Source: the human T2T-CHM13v2.0 reference genome, Homo sapiens. Taken from it: a stretch of DNA of 64,000 nucleotides. The notes below the pieces were generated by a model that was not told the origin of the DNA, ran no database searches, and was given only the letters and a program-made list of their open reading frames with translations. Position numbers and translations under genes: made by a program. Shown piece by piece: positions 1-18,200 of this stretch. The first letter of the stretch is position 1, and every line of letters begins with the position of its first letter. Location: NCBI RefSeq assembly GCF_009914755.1, contig NC_060934.1, one strand, 5' to 3'.

Positions 1-87
1 GTTTGTACTGATAACAGATAAATACAGATAGGGATATAAACATCATGGTTAAATAAATAGCAAAAAAGATCAGCTTTTGAATTTTTC

Positions 88-1346
88 TTTTTTTTTAAAT
101 TTTTTTTAGTATTTATTGATCATTCTTGGGTGTTTCTCGGAGAGGGGGATTTGGCAGGGTCATAGGACAATAGTGGAGAGAAGGTCAGCAGATAAACATG
201 TGAACAAAGGTCTCTGGTTTTCCTAGGCAGAGGACCCTGTGGCCTTCCCCAGTGTTTGTGTCCCTGGGTACTTGAGATTAGGGATTGGTGATGACTCTTA
301 ACGAGCATGCTGCCTTCAAGCATCTGTTTAACAAAGCACATCTTGCACTGCCCTTAATCCATTTAACCCTGAGTTGACACAGCACATGTTTCAGAGAGCA
401 TGGGGTTGGGGGTAAGGTTATATATTAACAGCATCCCAAGGCAGAAGAATTTTTCTTAGTACAGAACGAAATGGAGTCTCCTATGTTTACTTCTTTCTAC
501 ACAGACACAGTAACAATCTGATCTCTCTTTCTTTTCCCCACATTTCCCCCTTTTCTATTCGACAAAACCGCCATCGTCATCATGGCCCGTTCTCAATGAG
601 CTGTTGGGTACACCTCCCAGACGGGGTGGCGGCCGGGCAGAGGGGCTTCTCACTTCCCAGACGTGGTGGCTGGGCAGAGGGGCCCCCCACCCCCCAGAGG
701 GGGCGGCCAGGCAGAGGCGCCCCTGCCTTCCAGATGGGGCGGCTGCTGGGCGGGGGCGCCCCCTGCCTCCCAGACGGGGCGGCGGCCGGGCGGAGGCGCT
801 CCTCACCTCCCAGATGGGGCGGCCGGGCAGAGGCGCTCCCCACATCCCAGACGATGGGCGGCCAGGCAGAGACGCTCCTCACTTCCTAGACGGGGTGGTG
901 GCCGGGCAGAGGCTGCAATCTCCGCACTTTGGGAGGCCAAGGCAGGCAGCTGGGAGGTGGAGGTTCACACCACTGTACTCCAGCCTGGGCAGCATTGAGC
1001 ACTGAGTGAGCGAGACTCCGTCTGCAATCCCGGCGCCTCGGGAGGCCGAGGTGGGCAGATCACTCGAGGTCAGGAGCTGGAGACCAGCCGGGCCAACACG
1101 GCGAAACCCCTTCTCCACCAAAAAATACAAAAACCAGTCAGGCGTGACAGCGCGCGCCTGCAATCCCAGGCACTCGGCAGGCTGAGGCAGGAGAATCAGG
1201 CAGGGAGGTTGCAGTGAGCCGAGATCGCGGCAGTACAGTCCAGCCTCGGCAACAGAGGGGGACCGTGGAAAGTGAGAGATGGAGACGAGGGAGAGGGGAA
1301 GACCGTGGAAAGCAGGAGACGGGAGAGGGAGAGGGAGAGCTTGAGC
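88..1346 (-). mobile_element. SVA retrotransposon, older subfamily (SVA_A-C like), antisense in FANK1 intron 1
   Basis: On the + strand in order: poly(T) tail, SINE-R (agtatttattgatcattcttggg...), short GC-rich VNTR ~600-900, Alu-like domain ~900-1250, (GGGAGA)3 hexamer at 1321-1338. TSD TTGAATTTTTC at 77-87 and 1347-1357. The SINE-R text 'attaacagcatccc' resembles older subfamilies. Confidence 0.95.
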
Positions 1347-2100
1347 TTGAATTTTTCAAAATGTTGATTTTTGTCACCTTAGGAAAGATGTGTTACTTGT
1401 TATACATCCAGCATGGTTAAGTCCTAGTGTCAAGTGAGCCAGGACTATAGTCACAGATATACTTACCTCTCCTTGCAACTTTAGCTGTATTATAAAACTT
1501 GGGGGTGATAACATTTACAAATAGACTTGTTCATGTATTAGTAGTAAATTCAGAGTACTTTTCCACTGTGATATGTGCTTTCTGCCCTAAGTATATACAA
1601 TCTTTTCAGATTTATCTATGAGCTATCTTGCTAATTGTTTCACCCACATTCTATAGCCTTTCCCTCCTGTTGATGCAACTCTTCCTCTTCCAGATTTCAT
1701 GCTGAACCTAATGCAGCATTTGACTGGCTTCCTACCCATTCCCATAGTGTCTGCAAGTAAACATCAGTCAAACTCTCTGCCTTCTTGGTCTCCACTACTG
1801 GTTGCTATGGGCTTTCTATACCATCTTTCCTTTCCTGGACTGGGCTCCTGAAGGTCAGCAGCCTCCCTGACCTCGGTGCTATAATAAGTTGCCTTCTCTT
1901 CTGCTTGCACACAACATCTCTCTACTTTATTCAAACAATTACCTGGTTTGCATTGTCTCACTTTTTCTGACCAAGTTTTCTTGATCATTTAAAAATTTCC
2001 TTGGGGTTCAAGCCAGTTCACAAGCTAGACCTGATTTAAAATGAATAATTTAAGGAAATCTGGAGAACGAACTAATAGTAGATTTTTCACCCTGGTCTAC

Positions 2101-2395
2101 ATTTTTCTGAGACGGAGTCTCGCTCCGTCGCCCAGGCTGGAGTGCGGTGGCATGATCTTGGCTCACTGCAAACTCCGCCTCCTGGGTTCACGCCATTCTC
2201 CTGCCTCAGCCTCCTGAGTAGCTGGGACTACAGGTGCCCGCTACCACGGCCGGCTAATTTTTTTGTATTTTTAGTAGAGACGGGGTTTCACCATGTTAGC
2301 CAGGATGGTCTCGATCTCGTGACTTTGTGATTCGTCCACCTTGGCCTCCGAAAGTAAAGTGCTGGGATTACAGGTGTGAGCCACTGCGCCCGGCC
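2101..2395 (-). mobile_element. AluY-like SINE with almost no poly(A) tail
   Basis: Alu consensus with 'ttcacgccattctcc' and 'gttagccaggatggtctcgatctc'; flanking repeat GGTCTACATTTT at 2094-2105 and 2401-2412. Confidence 0.93.
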
Positions 2396-2429
2396 GCTCC
2401 GGTCTACATTTTATATCTCTACTCTTAAG

Positions 2430-2670
2430 AGGCAGTATGGTACAAGGTTAAAAGTAAGGGACTTCTGAGCCAGATTATCTTCATTTTAATCCTGGTTCTA
2501 CCAGTTATTTCTGTGTGACCTTGGGCAAGTTATGTAACTTCTCTGTGCCTCAGATTGTTTATAAGGGAGATAATAAAAATCCTTACAGCATATAGAGTTG
2601 GTGAAGTTAAATGTGGTGAAAGTTAAATGAATAAATAAAGCATCCACACTAGTACATGACCCAAATTAAG
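2430..2670 (+). mobile_element. MIR SINE fragment
   Basis: MIR core 'tgtgtgaccttgggcaagttatgtaacttctctgtgcctcag'. Confidence 0.8.
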
Positions 2671-3361
2671 TGTCATATAAGTGTTGCCGCATTGCAGTTC
2701 TCCTCAGTAACGGCCTGTGACCTGCCATTTCTGTCGGCTCTTACCAAGGCTCGGTGCCGCCCCGGGCCTCTGCTCCATTGTCATAGTAATGTTTGCACTC
2801 TGCTAGTCACCTGTAAATATACATATTTAGGATCCTAAAACCAATATCCTAAAATATGTATATTAGCAGATGATGACAAAAACACCAGAATTTTTATCAA
2901 AGAGAAAGTAGAAAGTATATGGGTTAATATTGTAAGGATTAGGATACACCTGTCAAATTACTCTAGGTTGGCTTAGAAACAAAGCAAAACAAATTGGGTC
3001 CCATCCACTATTTTTTGGCATTCTGAAAATAACTAGCTCTTACCTGATGAGGTCATTCATTCATGACCTGACCATCCAGGTCCTATCTGGCAATAATAGC
3101 TTTTTGCAAAAAGCAACTCTTGCCTAAGTGGAGATTTACATCTTGATGAGTTTTGTATGAAAGTAAAGAAGATGCAGGAACATTATCAGTGGGGCGTACA
3201 CTAACCATTGGCATTTCTGAGCAACGTGTTGCGTAGTTGTGTGATTTGGCAGCAGCTGGTCCATTGCTGACACGTATGTGTGTTCACTGAGGCTTCACTC
3301 ACACCTAAGGCTTCCTTGGAGAGACCATGCTGCCATTACATTTGGATCACTACCTGCCCCC

Positions 3362-3406
<45 letters not shown>
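3362..3406. repeat. (CA)n microsatellite, about 22 units
   Basis: Read directly. Confidence 0.97.
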
Positions 3407-3408
<2 letters not shown>

Positions 3409-5320
3409 ACCAACTTTCCAAGCACCACACCCACCTTTTCCGGGCTCTGTACCAGATCTGGAGGGGTGATGGCTAGAAGTGAGGGTTTTTGCTCCATCAT
3501 GAGTAGCAGCTGGAAGTGGGCCTGTGCCCAGCTCTGGTGGCAGTGGGCCACCTGTGGCTGGTGCCAAGCTCACTGATGGAGATCTCTCATTATGTACCTA
3601 CATCAATGATCAGTAAAGAACAAGCCATAAGAAACTTTTGGGTCTCTGGGAATGTTATCTTTTTACTCCTCATATAACTTCATGGTGAACTGTTTTGAAA
3701 TTTGACATTAATTTAGAATTTCTTGCCTGTTCTGATCTCTAGTAGGATTCTAGGCTGGATGTCTTTGGAATTGAAATACTTGTTGGCTTCTGGTTATTTT
3801 GGGGGTAATCCATAACAGTCTACCATTCCTTGTGTTTGGTTTTAGTGGGCTGTGAAAAAAATCATTTGTTCAACACTGATGTCATGATACAAGGACGTGA
3901 AGATGTGAGTCATTGTGACATCACCAGCCAGAATTGCTGGGATTCAGTGAGATGACTCACAGTAAGAGGTCAGTGTCTGGTTCAGTAGTTCCTTCTTCCA
4001 CATGTATCCCTCAGTATCTAGAACCCTGAAATTGGTTTCTCTAAGAAAACCAAGAGGCCCGTAAGGGTAATGTATACTGTTGATTTTTATGGTTATTTTT
4101 CAAAAACTAATATTTTAAACATATCAAAATTATTTCAAATGGTAATGTACTCAATGTACCATTTGGTTTAAGATGTTAACATTTTGCCATATATGTCATA
4201 AAGTCTTTTCATGAAGAAATCAAACCTTACAAATATACTGGTAAGACCCCCCTCCTGCCCATCATGCCCCCATCCCTTCCGTTATGTTGTTGAGGTGTGG
4301 TGTATGTTCTTCCCTTCAGCTTTTTAACTTTTACTACATATCTGTGCATTCATAAATAACATGTAGTGTTTTTTGCGTGTTATGTAGTGTGTCCTTTTGC
4401 AACCCATGTTTTCCACCCATCCATTTTGAATTGATCTATGTTGATGCAGGTGTATACAAAACTCATACAGCTAATTTCTTTTAGTTGTTGTATAGGATTT
4501 TACTGTAGGAAATATGCCATCATTTATTTAGATACTTTGTAACTTAATTATCACAAAACACTTTGTGGTATTTTTAACTCAGTTTCAGAGAACATATTCA
4601 AACCTAGGTTTATCCAATTCCATCATGCTTTCTATAAACATTTGGAAAATAAAGTTGGGAAAGTGAGCTTGCAGGCTGCCTCCTAGCATATCTCTGGGGT
4701 CTTCGTGTAAGGGAAATTGTTGGCTGTGTGCCCCACTGGCCTGGGGTGGCAAGACCAGGGCAGCCCTGTCTTCGTCAGTGGGTCTGCACTGCAGGAAGAC
4801 CCCTGGGTCTTCAGAGGGTGCTGGTCAGCTACTTGGGACACTGGCTCAAGGGAAATACAAGATCCTTTTTTTTTAAATGAACAATGCAGTAAATCTGTGA
4901 TATATTTGAGGCTCAAGAAGGATTGAGTTACAGGGAGAAGTTTCAAAGGAAGTGTAAGACATGGACCCAGCCTGTAAGAAACTTAAAGTGTAGCAGGGGA
5001 GACAAAACTAACATAGAACAATTGCATGCTACACAGCTTGGTATACACTCTACTGCACCCCTTGTTACCTTTGGCAAAAATGAGATATTCTGTGTTTTTC
5101 TTTGCACCTTGATTTCTCACCCAACAATACTTAGTGGAGGTCCTTTCAAAGCACCTAGTATAGAACAAATTCATTTTTCAAAGGGTGTATAATGTTCCAC
5201 TTTATGGACATAGAATAACTTATTTGTCCAGTCTCTTATAAATGGGTCATCTTTTGTTTTGTTTTGTTGTAAACTGCTGAAAACTGTAGTAATGTCCTAT
5301 GTGTCTTTGTGTGTATCTAT

Positions 5321-9824
<4,504 letters not shown>

Positions 9825-10635
9825 TTGTGTGTATTTATGCTCTGATTTCTGCAGAAGTTTCCAGGGGTGGGATGGTGAGACAGGGATATGTGTATTTTTA
9901 ATTTTAATAGATGCTTCCATATTGCCCTCTAAAAAGGCGATAATTCATATTTCACTACAACTGGCACATGAGAATATCCTCTCCCTATCTTGTGAACTCC
10001 AATAGTTATGAAATTTCTTTTTCAGTTTCTGACTGGATATAAAGTTATACCCCATTGTTACCAATTTCTGTGAGCACTAGGGGATGATATGAGCATCTTT
10101 CCAGATATTACCTTGGCAATTTGTTTTTGCTCTTTTGTGTGCTGCTCATCTTTTGCTAGGTTTGTTACTAACCTTGGGCCTTTATTCCTGGTTAGTTTCT
10201 GAGGGCTGTTTATACAGCATAGGTGTCAACCCTTTGTCATCTATGTTCCACATACTTGGATCAGATAGAGCATTTGTCTCTTGGCTTTGTTAGTCACTGA
10301 AGGATTACAGAAGCAAACTGAGTTCCAGCAGGTCAAATACAACCTTATTAGTTTGATATGTTAAGCAGCCCTTTGGAAGGGTCAGTGGGGGTGGTATGAT
10401 ATTGATGGGCATGGTACAATATATGCTTGTTGAAGACTGTGGTAGCTCACACATCAGCTGAATTTTGTATCTCTTTAGCTTTTCAGGGGTTCTTTAAGCA
10501 ACAGGGAGGTATGCTCATATGTGTGCCTTATGCTCAGAAAAATAGCTCGATCACCAAGCAGCTGTAATCCACTCGACTGGTCTCTCTTCCTTATGGAAAC
10601 TGGGTCCTGAAGTTCGGTGTCATTCTTTTTTTTAG

Positions 10636-10813
10636 AAATCATGCCACCCTCAAAGCCTCATCCACCTGTCGTGGGCAAAGTGACTCATCACAGCATTGAA
10701 TTATACTGGGATCTGGAAAAGAAAGCCAAACGCCAAGGACCTCAAGAGCAGTGGTTCAGGTTCTCGATTGAAGAAGAAGACCCCAAAATGCACACTTATG
10801 GTATCATTTATAC
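10636..10813 (+). CDS. FANK1: FANK1 exon 2 (FN3 domain: [29 protein letters not shown]...YGIIYT)
   Basis: tttag|AAATCATG ... TATAC|gtaggt; 178 nt; recognised FANK1 peptide. Confidence 0.97.
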
Positions 10814-11700
10814 GTAGGTGCAGTGTTGAATTGCTTGCCACTTTGCCTTACTTCCTGATTAGCTGGAATGATTTCTGTTGTCTCTAAAAAGCCACTGCTT
10901 GTTTCAAATTAAAGAATGAGTCAGCATCATTTGTATTCATGCTCTTTTATGAATTACAATTTTTGGAAAATAGGCATTAGCAGTAACTTTGAAATTAAAC
11001 CTCTGTACCTTTGAGAGCTTCTTTGACTTCTGAAATATTTTAATGATATGTATTTAAAATCCAGAATGTAGAGACAGACTCAAACAATAGCTTGATGCAA
11101 TTAGGTGAGCTTCCCATCAGGCTGTTGTGTTCACTGACGTGGAATGGCCCCGCATGGTCTACCCTGGCTAGCTTCTCTGATCTCATGTCATACCATTGTC
11201 CCCTTGTCAACTCTCTTATACCACGCTGGCTGCCTCTCAGCCTGGACAGGCCAAGCTGGTTCCCATCGCAGGATCTTGCTCGTTGCTGTGGTCTTGAATA
11301 CATTTCCTTCTGTTTTTATACAGCTGGTTCCTTCACACCATGCCAATCTCAGATGAAACATCCCCCCGCCCCCAGAAGGCCATCTGAAGTAGCCATCCTT
11401 TCATGCAGGCCTCCTGTAGCTCAGAACCTTGTTTTGTATGCCACATAGCATTTAGCTCTGTTGGGCTTATTTTACTTGTTTACTTGTTTGCTTAGTTTGT
11501 TTACCTTGTTGTTTACTTGTTTACTTCTTGTTCCTTTCCTGCCTCCTCACCCAGTATTAAACTCAGTGAGAGACAAATAAGACTTCTGCCTGCTTAACGC
11601 TCTAGCCGGTTCCTTGACAGTGCTGGCTGTTATATAGCAGGCCTTCCAAATGCTTCTGGCATGAACCAATACCACCAGGAGTAATGAAGAAGTCACTTTT

Positions 11701-12006
<306 letters not shown>

Positions 12007-13789
12007 TTAGTCTTCATATCATCTCTGACTTATTTCTTCCCCTTGATAGATTTACCACTTGAAAAATGCAAAATGACTATTTTGTGATTCAGGAATACCA
12101 AAAATGAGATACAAATATGGTTTTTAGTGAAACTTTTAATTTTGAAATAATTATAGATTCATATCCAGTTGTAAGAAAGAGTGATTGTACCTTTTCCCAT
12201 TTCTCCCCTATGGTAACATCTTTGAAAATAATAGTGCAGTGTCACAGTCAGGATATTGGCATTGATGCAGTCAAGATGCAGAACAGGTTCATCACTTTCC
12301 TGGCCTTTTCTCAAGTTTGCATTGTGATAAAAGTGCTGACATGAGAAGATAGATATGTTTATGTGTATGTGTGTATAAATATCTATAAATATGTATATAA
12401 TCTGTATATGAAAGCTCCAATTTCAACTGTTACTTGAGTGATAATATATCTGATATTTGAGAAATTTCTCTGTACCTTAAGAAAAATCTGAAATGTAGTT
12501 GCAATGTAAAAATAGTTCTTGTTCTGACTACTCAAATGTTATTTTAATCATGTCGTTTTACTTATTGAAGGTATGCTTTTTCTATCTAAAAGCATGAATT
12601 ATGAGAAACATTTCTCTTGAGAAAGAAAAAGACATCTTTCTTTCCCCCATCACCTTAGCACCACAAGCTGTGTTGGGCAGGTGAATGGGGCCATCCTGCA
12701 TCGTTCTTTCTTCCTTGGCTGTGCCTTTGCTGGGTGGCCAGGTAGGCAGCCTCAGCTAGAGAAACCATAGCTGCGTGTGCTGGCTTCCAGCCTGAGGTGT
12801 GTGTCTGTGTTGTCTGCATTCTCCCCAGAGACCTGGTTGCTGTCAGGCTGGAGAACGCACTCTCACTCTGACGACAGCCTGGCATTGTGGGGCTGGCAGT
12901 GACATCTGTGGTCCCTGCTCTAAGGACAGTGGGGAAATGCCTGCGTTTCTCACAGAATTACAAGTACAAATCTTGACGCTAGGTGGCAGAATTAGGCTGC
13001 ATTAATCTTGACCTCTTTTGCTTCCTTATTTCTTTCTCTACATAGCATTAAAACTAGCAAATGCTTTTCTTGTAAAAAGTGATTATCTAGAATACCTGAT
13101 GTTTGGATTGTGGATTTAAGAACTTCTTCCTGATTTGTCAGTTTCTGTTCCCATCAGTCATCAGTCTATCTGGAAACAATGATATTGTCTTTGACTTGGG
13201 CTTTCCTCCATGGCTTCTCATAGCCAGTCAGTTACTGAGTTCTCCATTTGTAGAATTGCTTCTGTGCTTTCCCTCTTTAGCTGCGTTTTCCCCTGCAGGA
13301 TGTAGGCTTTATTTCTGTCTAGCTCATTTGTGGATCCCCAGCTCCTACACCTGCCCAGTGTATTTTCTGATGGAAGGAGTTGACTTTATTCCTTTTTTTT
13401 TTTTCTCATCATTCTATCTTGCTGGGCTAATTTCCATTTTAATCTTTCTTTTGTCACATTGTCTTTGGTGGGTCCTCCATTGCTTAAAGGATAAAGGCCA
13501 AATTCCTTAGACTAACATTTAATGTCTTTCACAGTTTCCCTACACCTGCCTTTCTTGTTGCCTCTTATTTCTCAGCACAAACCCTCCAGTCAGATTTCTT
13601 ACTGTCCTTTGAATATGCCTTGACGTTTTCTGCATGTGTGTTCAGTTGTTTTCCCTGTTTGGACAGATTTTCCCCTCTCACCCTATTCTTTCTTCTGCCC
13701 TGGTCAGATTTTACCTCCACTGAGAAGCTCTCCTTACTACCCTATTGTCTGTGCCCTAAATTCCTGTGATCGTTGCTGCCCATGCCACG

Positions 13790-15200
13790 CATTCCATTTA
13801 TTCCATCAGCGTGTATTATTGAGTGTCTGCCGTGTGTCAGACACTGCTCCGGATGCTGGGGATATGGCACTGGGAAAAAATTCCTCCCTCATGATGATGA
13901 AGGCAAACAATAAATAAGATACATAAGTAAAAATAGGTAGTCAGCAGGCAATACATACTGAGGGGCAGCAGCATAGGAAAAACTGAGGGCCTGGGGTAGA
14001 GGTGGGGAAGTCTTCACCAAGAAGGTAGCTTCTGAGTAGATCTGAAGCAAGGATACCTGGAGCCTTGCAACTATCTGGGGGAAGAACCTTCCAGACATAG
14101 CAAAGGGCAGGTGAGAAAGCCTGGCAGTACAAATGTACCTGGCTGGTCCCAGGAGCATTGAGGAACAGAGGGAACAAGGAGGAAAATAATGGGGGCGAGG
14201 GCAGCTGGGTCATGAGAGGTCACTGCCTGGGCCTTGAGGGTTATTGGGAGAACTCTGGCTTACTCTGAGAGAGGCGGGGAAAGCCACTGGAGATTGTGAA
14301 GCTGAGAAGAGGTGTGATCCGGCTTATGTTTTACGAGGATCCCTCTGGCTGCTGAGTTGGGAACAGGCTGTAGGGAGGCCAGGCAGCAAGCAGCAGGGAG
14401 GACTGATGAAGAAGCTTTTGAAACAGTTTAGGTGGGAGACAACACAACAGTGTGGAAAGTGGGAGGATGCAGGATATGCTTTAAAGATGGATTTAAGAAC
14501 TTGGTGGTGGACCGAATATGGGATGTGAGATACGGGATGTGAGAGAGAGGATGGTCAAGGGATATGTGGTAGCCAGCACAGGCCCAGTGATGCTGCTGGA
14601 AGCATCAGCGTCACAGTCTCAGTGGCTTATGGCAGCAGTGATTCCCTCCTACACACCATGCCCACCGTGGGTCGGCCAGGGCTCCATCCTGCATTGTCCT
14701 CCTGCCACAGCCCAGGCCATGCGGCAGCCTCTGCGTGAACATTGTCAGTCACTGTAGCAGGGGAGAGAGCATGGCATGCTGTTTCTTGAAGCTTCTGCCC
14801 AGAATGACATACTTCACTTCTGTGTATACTTCATTGCTCAAAGCAAGACATGCAGCCATGTCCGAGTTCAACAGGGCGGGGAGGTAGATAGAATCCTTGT
14901 GGGAGGGCACCTTGTGTCTCTGAACAACAATCCAGTCTTCCACAGGAGGCACCCAGGGTCTGGCCTGAGCAACTGTAATAACAGAGATGGGGAAGACTGT
15001 GGGTGGAGTAGATGCTCAGTTTGAAACTGTCTGACGTCCAAGCCGAGATGTCAGGGAGGGTGTTGGGGATGTCAAGGGCCAGGGAAAGGGTCTGGGTTGG
15101 AGAGACAGACTCCAGAGTCATCAGCATGAGGCTGGATTGGAATTCTGGGGGAGGGAGTTTAGAGAAGAAAGGGAAGTCTGGTAACTGAGTCTTGGGGCTT
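13790..15200 (-). mobile_element. Degenerate L2 fragments, probably interrupted by an MLT1-type LTR at ~14560-14930
   Basis: 'cattccatttattccatcagcgtgtattattgagtgtctgccgtgtgtcagacactg' is an L2 3'-end signature; boundaries are approximate. Confidence 0.6.
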
Positions 15201-18200
15201 TTCAATATTTATTTAGCTTCTTATGTTTCATATTTGCTCAGCTCTTGCATCAAACATTTGCTTATTGACTGATAACAAAAACAAGGCTATGCTTTAAATT
15301 TTTGTAGACTTTCCTCTACTGTGGAAGTCACTCTAAGATTCATTTATTTTTTCAGCTGTCATGTCTAGGTAAAGTTGCGCTTCTCCATGGGTTCAATGAA
15401 CTGCTCTCATGAGTCCTCCCTGCGCCTGTGTTGTAATCGCTGTAGAGTACCCTGGTGGGCAGTTGTGTCCTGGTCCCTGCTGTGGCTTTTGTCCTCTTTG
15501 GAGCCATCTCTAGTGATGCAAGAATCTTCAGCCTTTGACAAGCGTGCTTGGTAACATCTGGTTTCTAACACAGTTGCGTTATTTCCCTTTCCAGGGGTTA
15601 TGGAGGTGCTGTTTGCTTCAGGGTGACCTTATGATATTTAGCAATACTGAATTTTATTGGGAGCACTTCTGGTTTTATTTTGGTCTAATGCTATGCTAAG
15701 TCTTTGACACCTTGCACTGAATTCTGGTGAGGCTTGGCTATTATATTCTCACTGAACTTCTAAAGATCTTTTCAGATGCCACACATTATTGAGGGCTCAG
15801 TTTCTATGACTCAAATATCTAAGTATTCATGGACCTATTTTCATTTAACATCAAAATCTACCTACTCATAAGACTACTTTGTGCCAGGCTGATACATTTT
15901 AGTTTTAAAAAAATTATTACTTTTTAGCCCTGGCGGTTTTTCTGAATATTTATCTTGGTTTTAGAGCTTTTACTTTTATGGTAAATGTGTTTATATCAAT
16001 TTTTAACACTTATCTACTTCTCGGTTTCTTGATCGAAAAGTTTCTGTAATGCCATTGGCGTTATTTCTTCATTGTCTTTCCTACAGTTTCTTTTTTGTTG
16101 ATACATACTATCTCAGTTATCTGCTGCATGACAAACCAGCCCCAGACTTAGTGGTTGACAGCAGAAACAGGCATGTGTTTGCTCATGATCTGTAATTTGG
16201 CTAGGGTGTTGATGGCTTGTTTCTGCCCCATGTGGTCTTGGCCGTTGCAGCTCTCTTGGGGCTGGAAGAACCAAATGGCTTCACCCATGTGTGATGCATC
16301 AGCTGGGATGGCCAGGACAGCAGGAGACTGGCTGGGCTTTTTCATCTCCTTTGTGGTCTGGATCTTCCACTGACTGTCTTACTAGGTGGCCTCTTTCTCT
16401 AACAGGGAAGTTGAGCTTCTCCTCCCTGCTTCCAAGGGAGGAGAAGCAGAAACTTCTGGGCATCTTAAGGCCCAGACCCAGAGCTGTACAGATTCTCTTC
16501 TACCACTTCCCATCCTGTTCAAGGGGAGAGGAACTAGACTCTAACTCTGGCGGGGGAGGAACATGTTCCTGCGGGGATGGTGGAGACTGTGGAGGTCAGC
16601 TTGACTTCCAGCTCATTTGGCTTCTTTTAGGTGAAGAGAAATGTGTTTCTGGCAAAGATGATGTCAGTTAGGAGACTGAATCCACCAGCACAGAGCAGGG
16701 AGGCAGAGACACGTACGTGGTCAGAGGTGCCTCAATGTGCTTAGTCTTTTTCTTGGCTCTGCTGGTGCTACACCCGAGAAGTCATTTAGATTTGGTGTCT
16801 GAAGTAACTTTGTGATGCAAAAACAGGATCAGTGAACGTTCAGTGTTTGATTTTACCTTGAAATTTCACATTTTAACAAAGGACAGAAACATCAAGTGAA
16901 GAAAGTCTTTGTAAATGTTTTTCAGTTTTCAAAAAAAGGTTCTGTTAGATGTTAGAATTATGATGTTAGAGTTGTCTCCAGATTTCACGGAGGCACCTCT
17001 TTCCTGGACGTGCCAGACTCTTCTGCGCCCTGACTCACCGCAGTGAGAGTACCTAGACCATGACTTTCCCAGGTGTTGTGTGTTCTTTCAACCCTACTGG
17101 GAAGTCCCTTTCTCAGACTGCCTGGGAGACGTCTGCCTGTCTGTCATGGAAGTCCTTTATGCCATTTCTCACTTGACATCAGAGATACCTCAACCAGAGG
17201 ACACTGTCCTGGCACCTCATTCCCTCTGCCCTGTACCTGTTTCTCAGGTACCTGTTCCTGCCCCATGCCTGTTCCTCAGTGGGGGAATTACTTGTTTGAT
17301 GGATGAATTTGGCGGAAGGAACTTAGACCTTCTGGCTTCTCCTTTGGGGATACTCCTCCCTCTAGGACAAGTGTTGGGTCTGTTCTTTAGCCACACACTT
17401 TGTGCCATGCCTCGTCCTTTAGGAGAAAGAATCCAGTGGGGGCTGGGAGTGAGTGGGCAAGGCTGTTTGATGATTAGGTGAGGTGTTAGCTCACCCACCT
17501 GATCCAGATCTGAAGTCAGGTTTTCAAGTGTTTATTAGTGATGCTAACTCCAGCACTGTCATTTCACCCTTGCTCAGTTGTCCCTTCTTCACTGTCCTTG
17601 ACTGCCCCTTTTCTTGGACCCCATCAGTAGGAAGTTGGGGTCAACTCAGTGTTGACAGGTTCATTTTGGCCCTGAGCTGGTTCAGGACTACATCCCAGCC
17701 TGTCCCAGCACCTTGCAAATAATGGGCACTAGATACACTTGTTGAGTTGTATGGAATGGAATTGATGTATAAATATTTAGTTGCACATAAACATCCTGGA
17801 AAAATTAGTTGTGAATCACAAAGAATGATTCTGGTATCTTTGGAGGATCTATTGAGAATAAAAGTAAAAACTAGAGACAGGAAAAAAAAAAAGGAGGAAA
17901 CAATGGTAACCTTGGCATCTAAGGAGCTATGGAGAATGGTCCAAGGGAGGAGAACAAGAACTGGATTAAGTGTTGAAGCAGGAAAGAAGAAAGAGCTGGA
18001 AATGACACACACACACACACACCCTCTCAAAAACCAAGGCTTTGAGTAGAAGAAAAGAAAAATTTAGAGATAAGATTTGAAAAGGGATACATGGAGTTTA
18101 GTCGGATAAGAAGAAAGAATGTTGGCAGAAAAGAGAAATGGGTAACATGGAGGTTTTGGGTAATACTGGGAAATATATACAGCTCTGTCAACTTTTGGAG

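Noticed and set aside
120-1420. Cluster of overlapping GC-rich ORFs of 68-133 aa
   Set aside because: All lie within the SVA VNTR, Alu-like and SINE-R domains and are typical repeat-derived translations.
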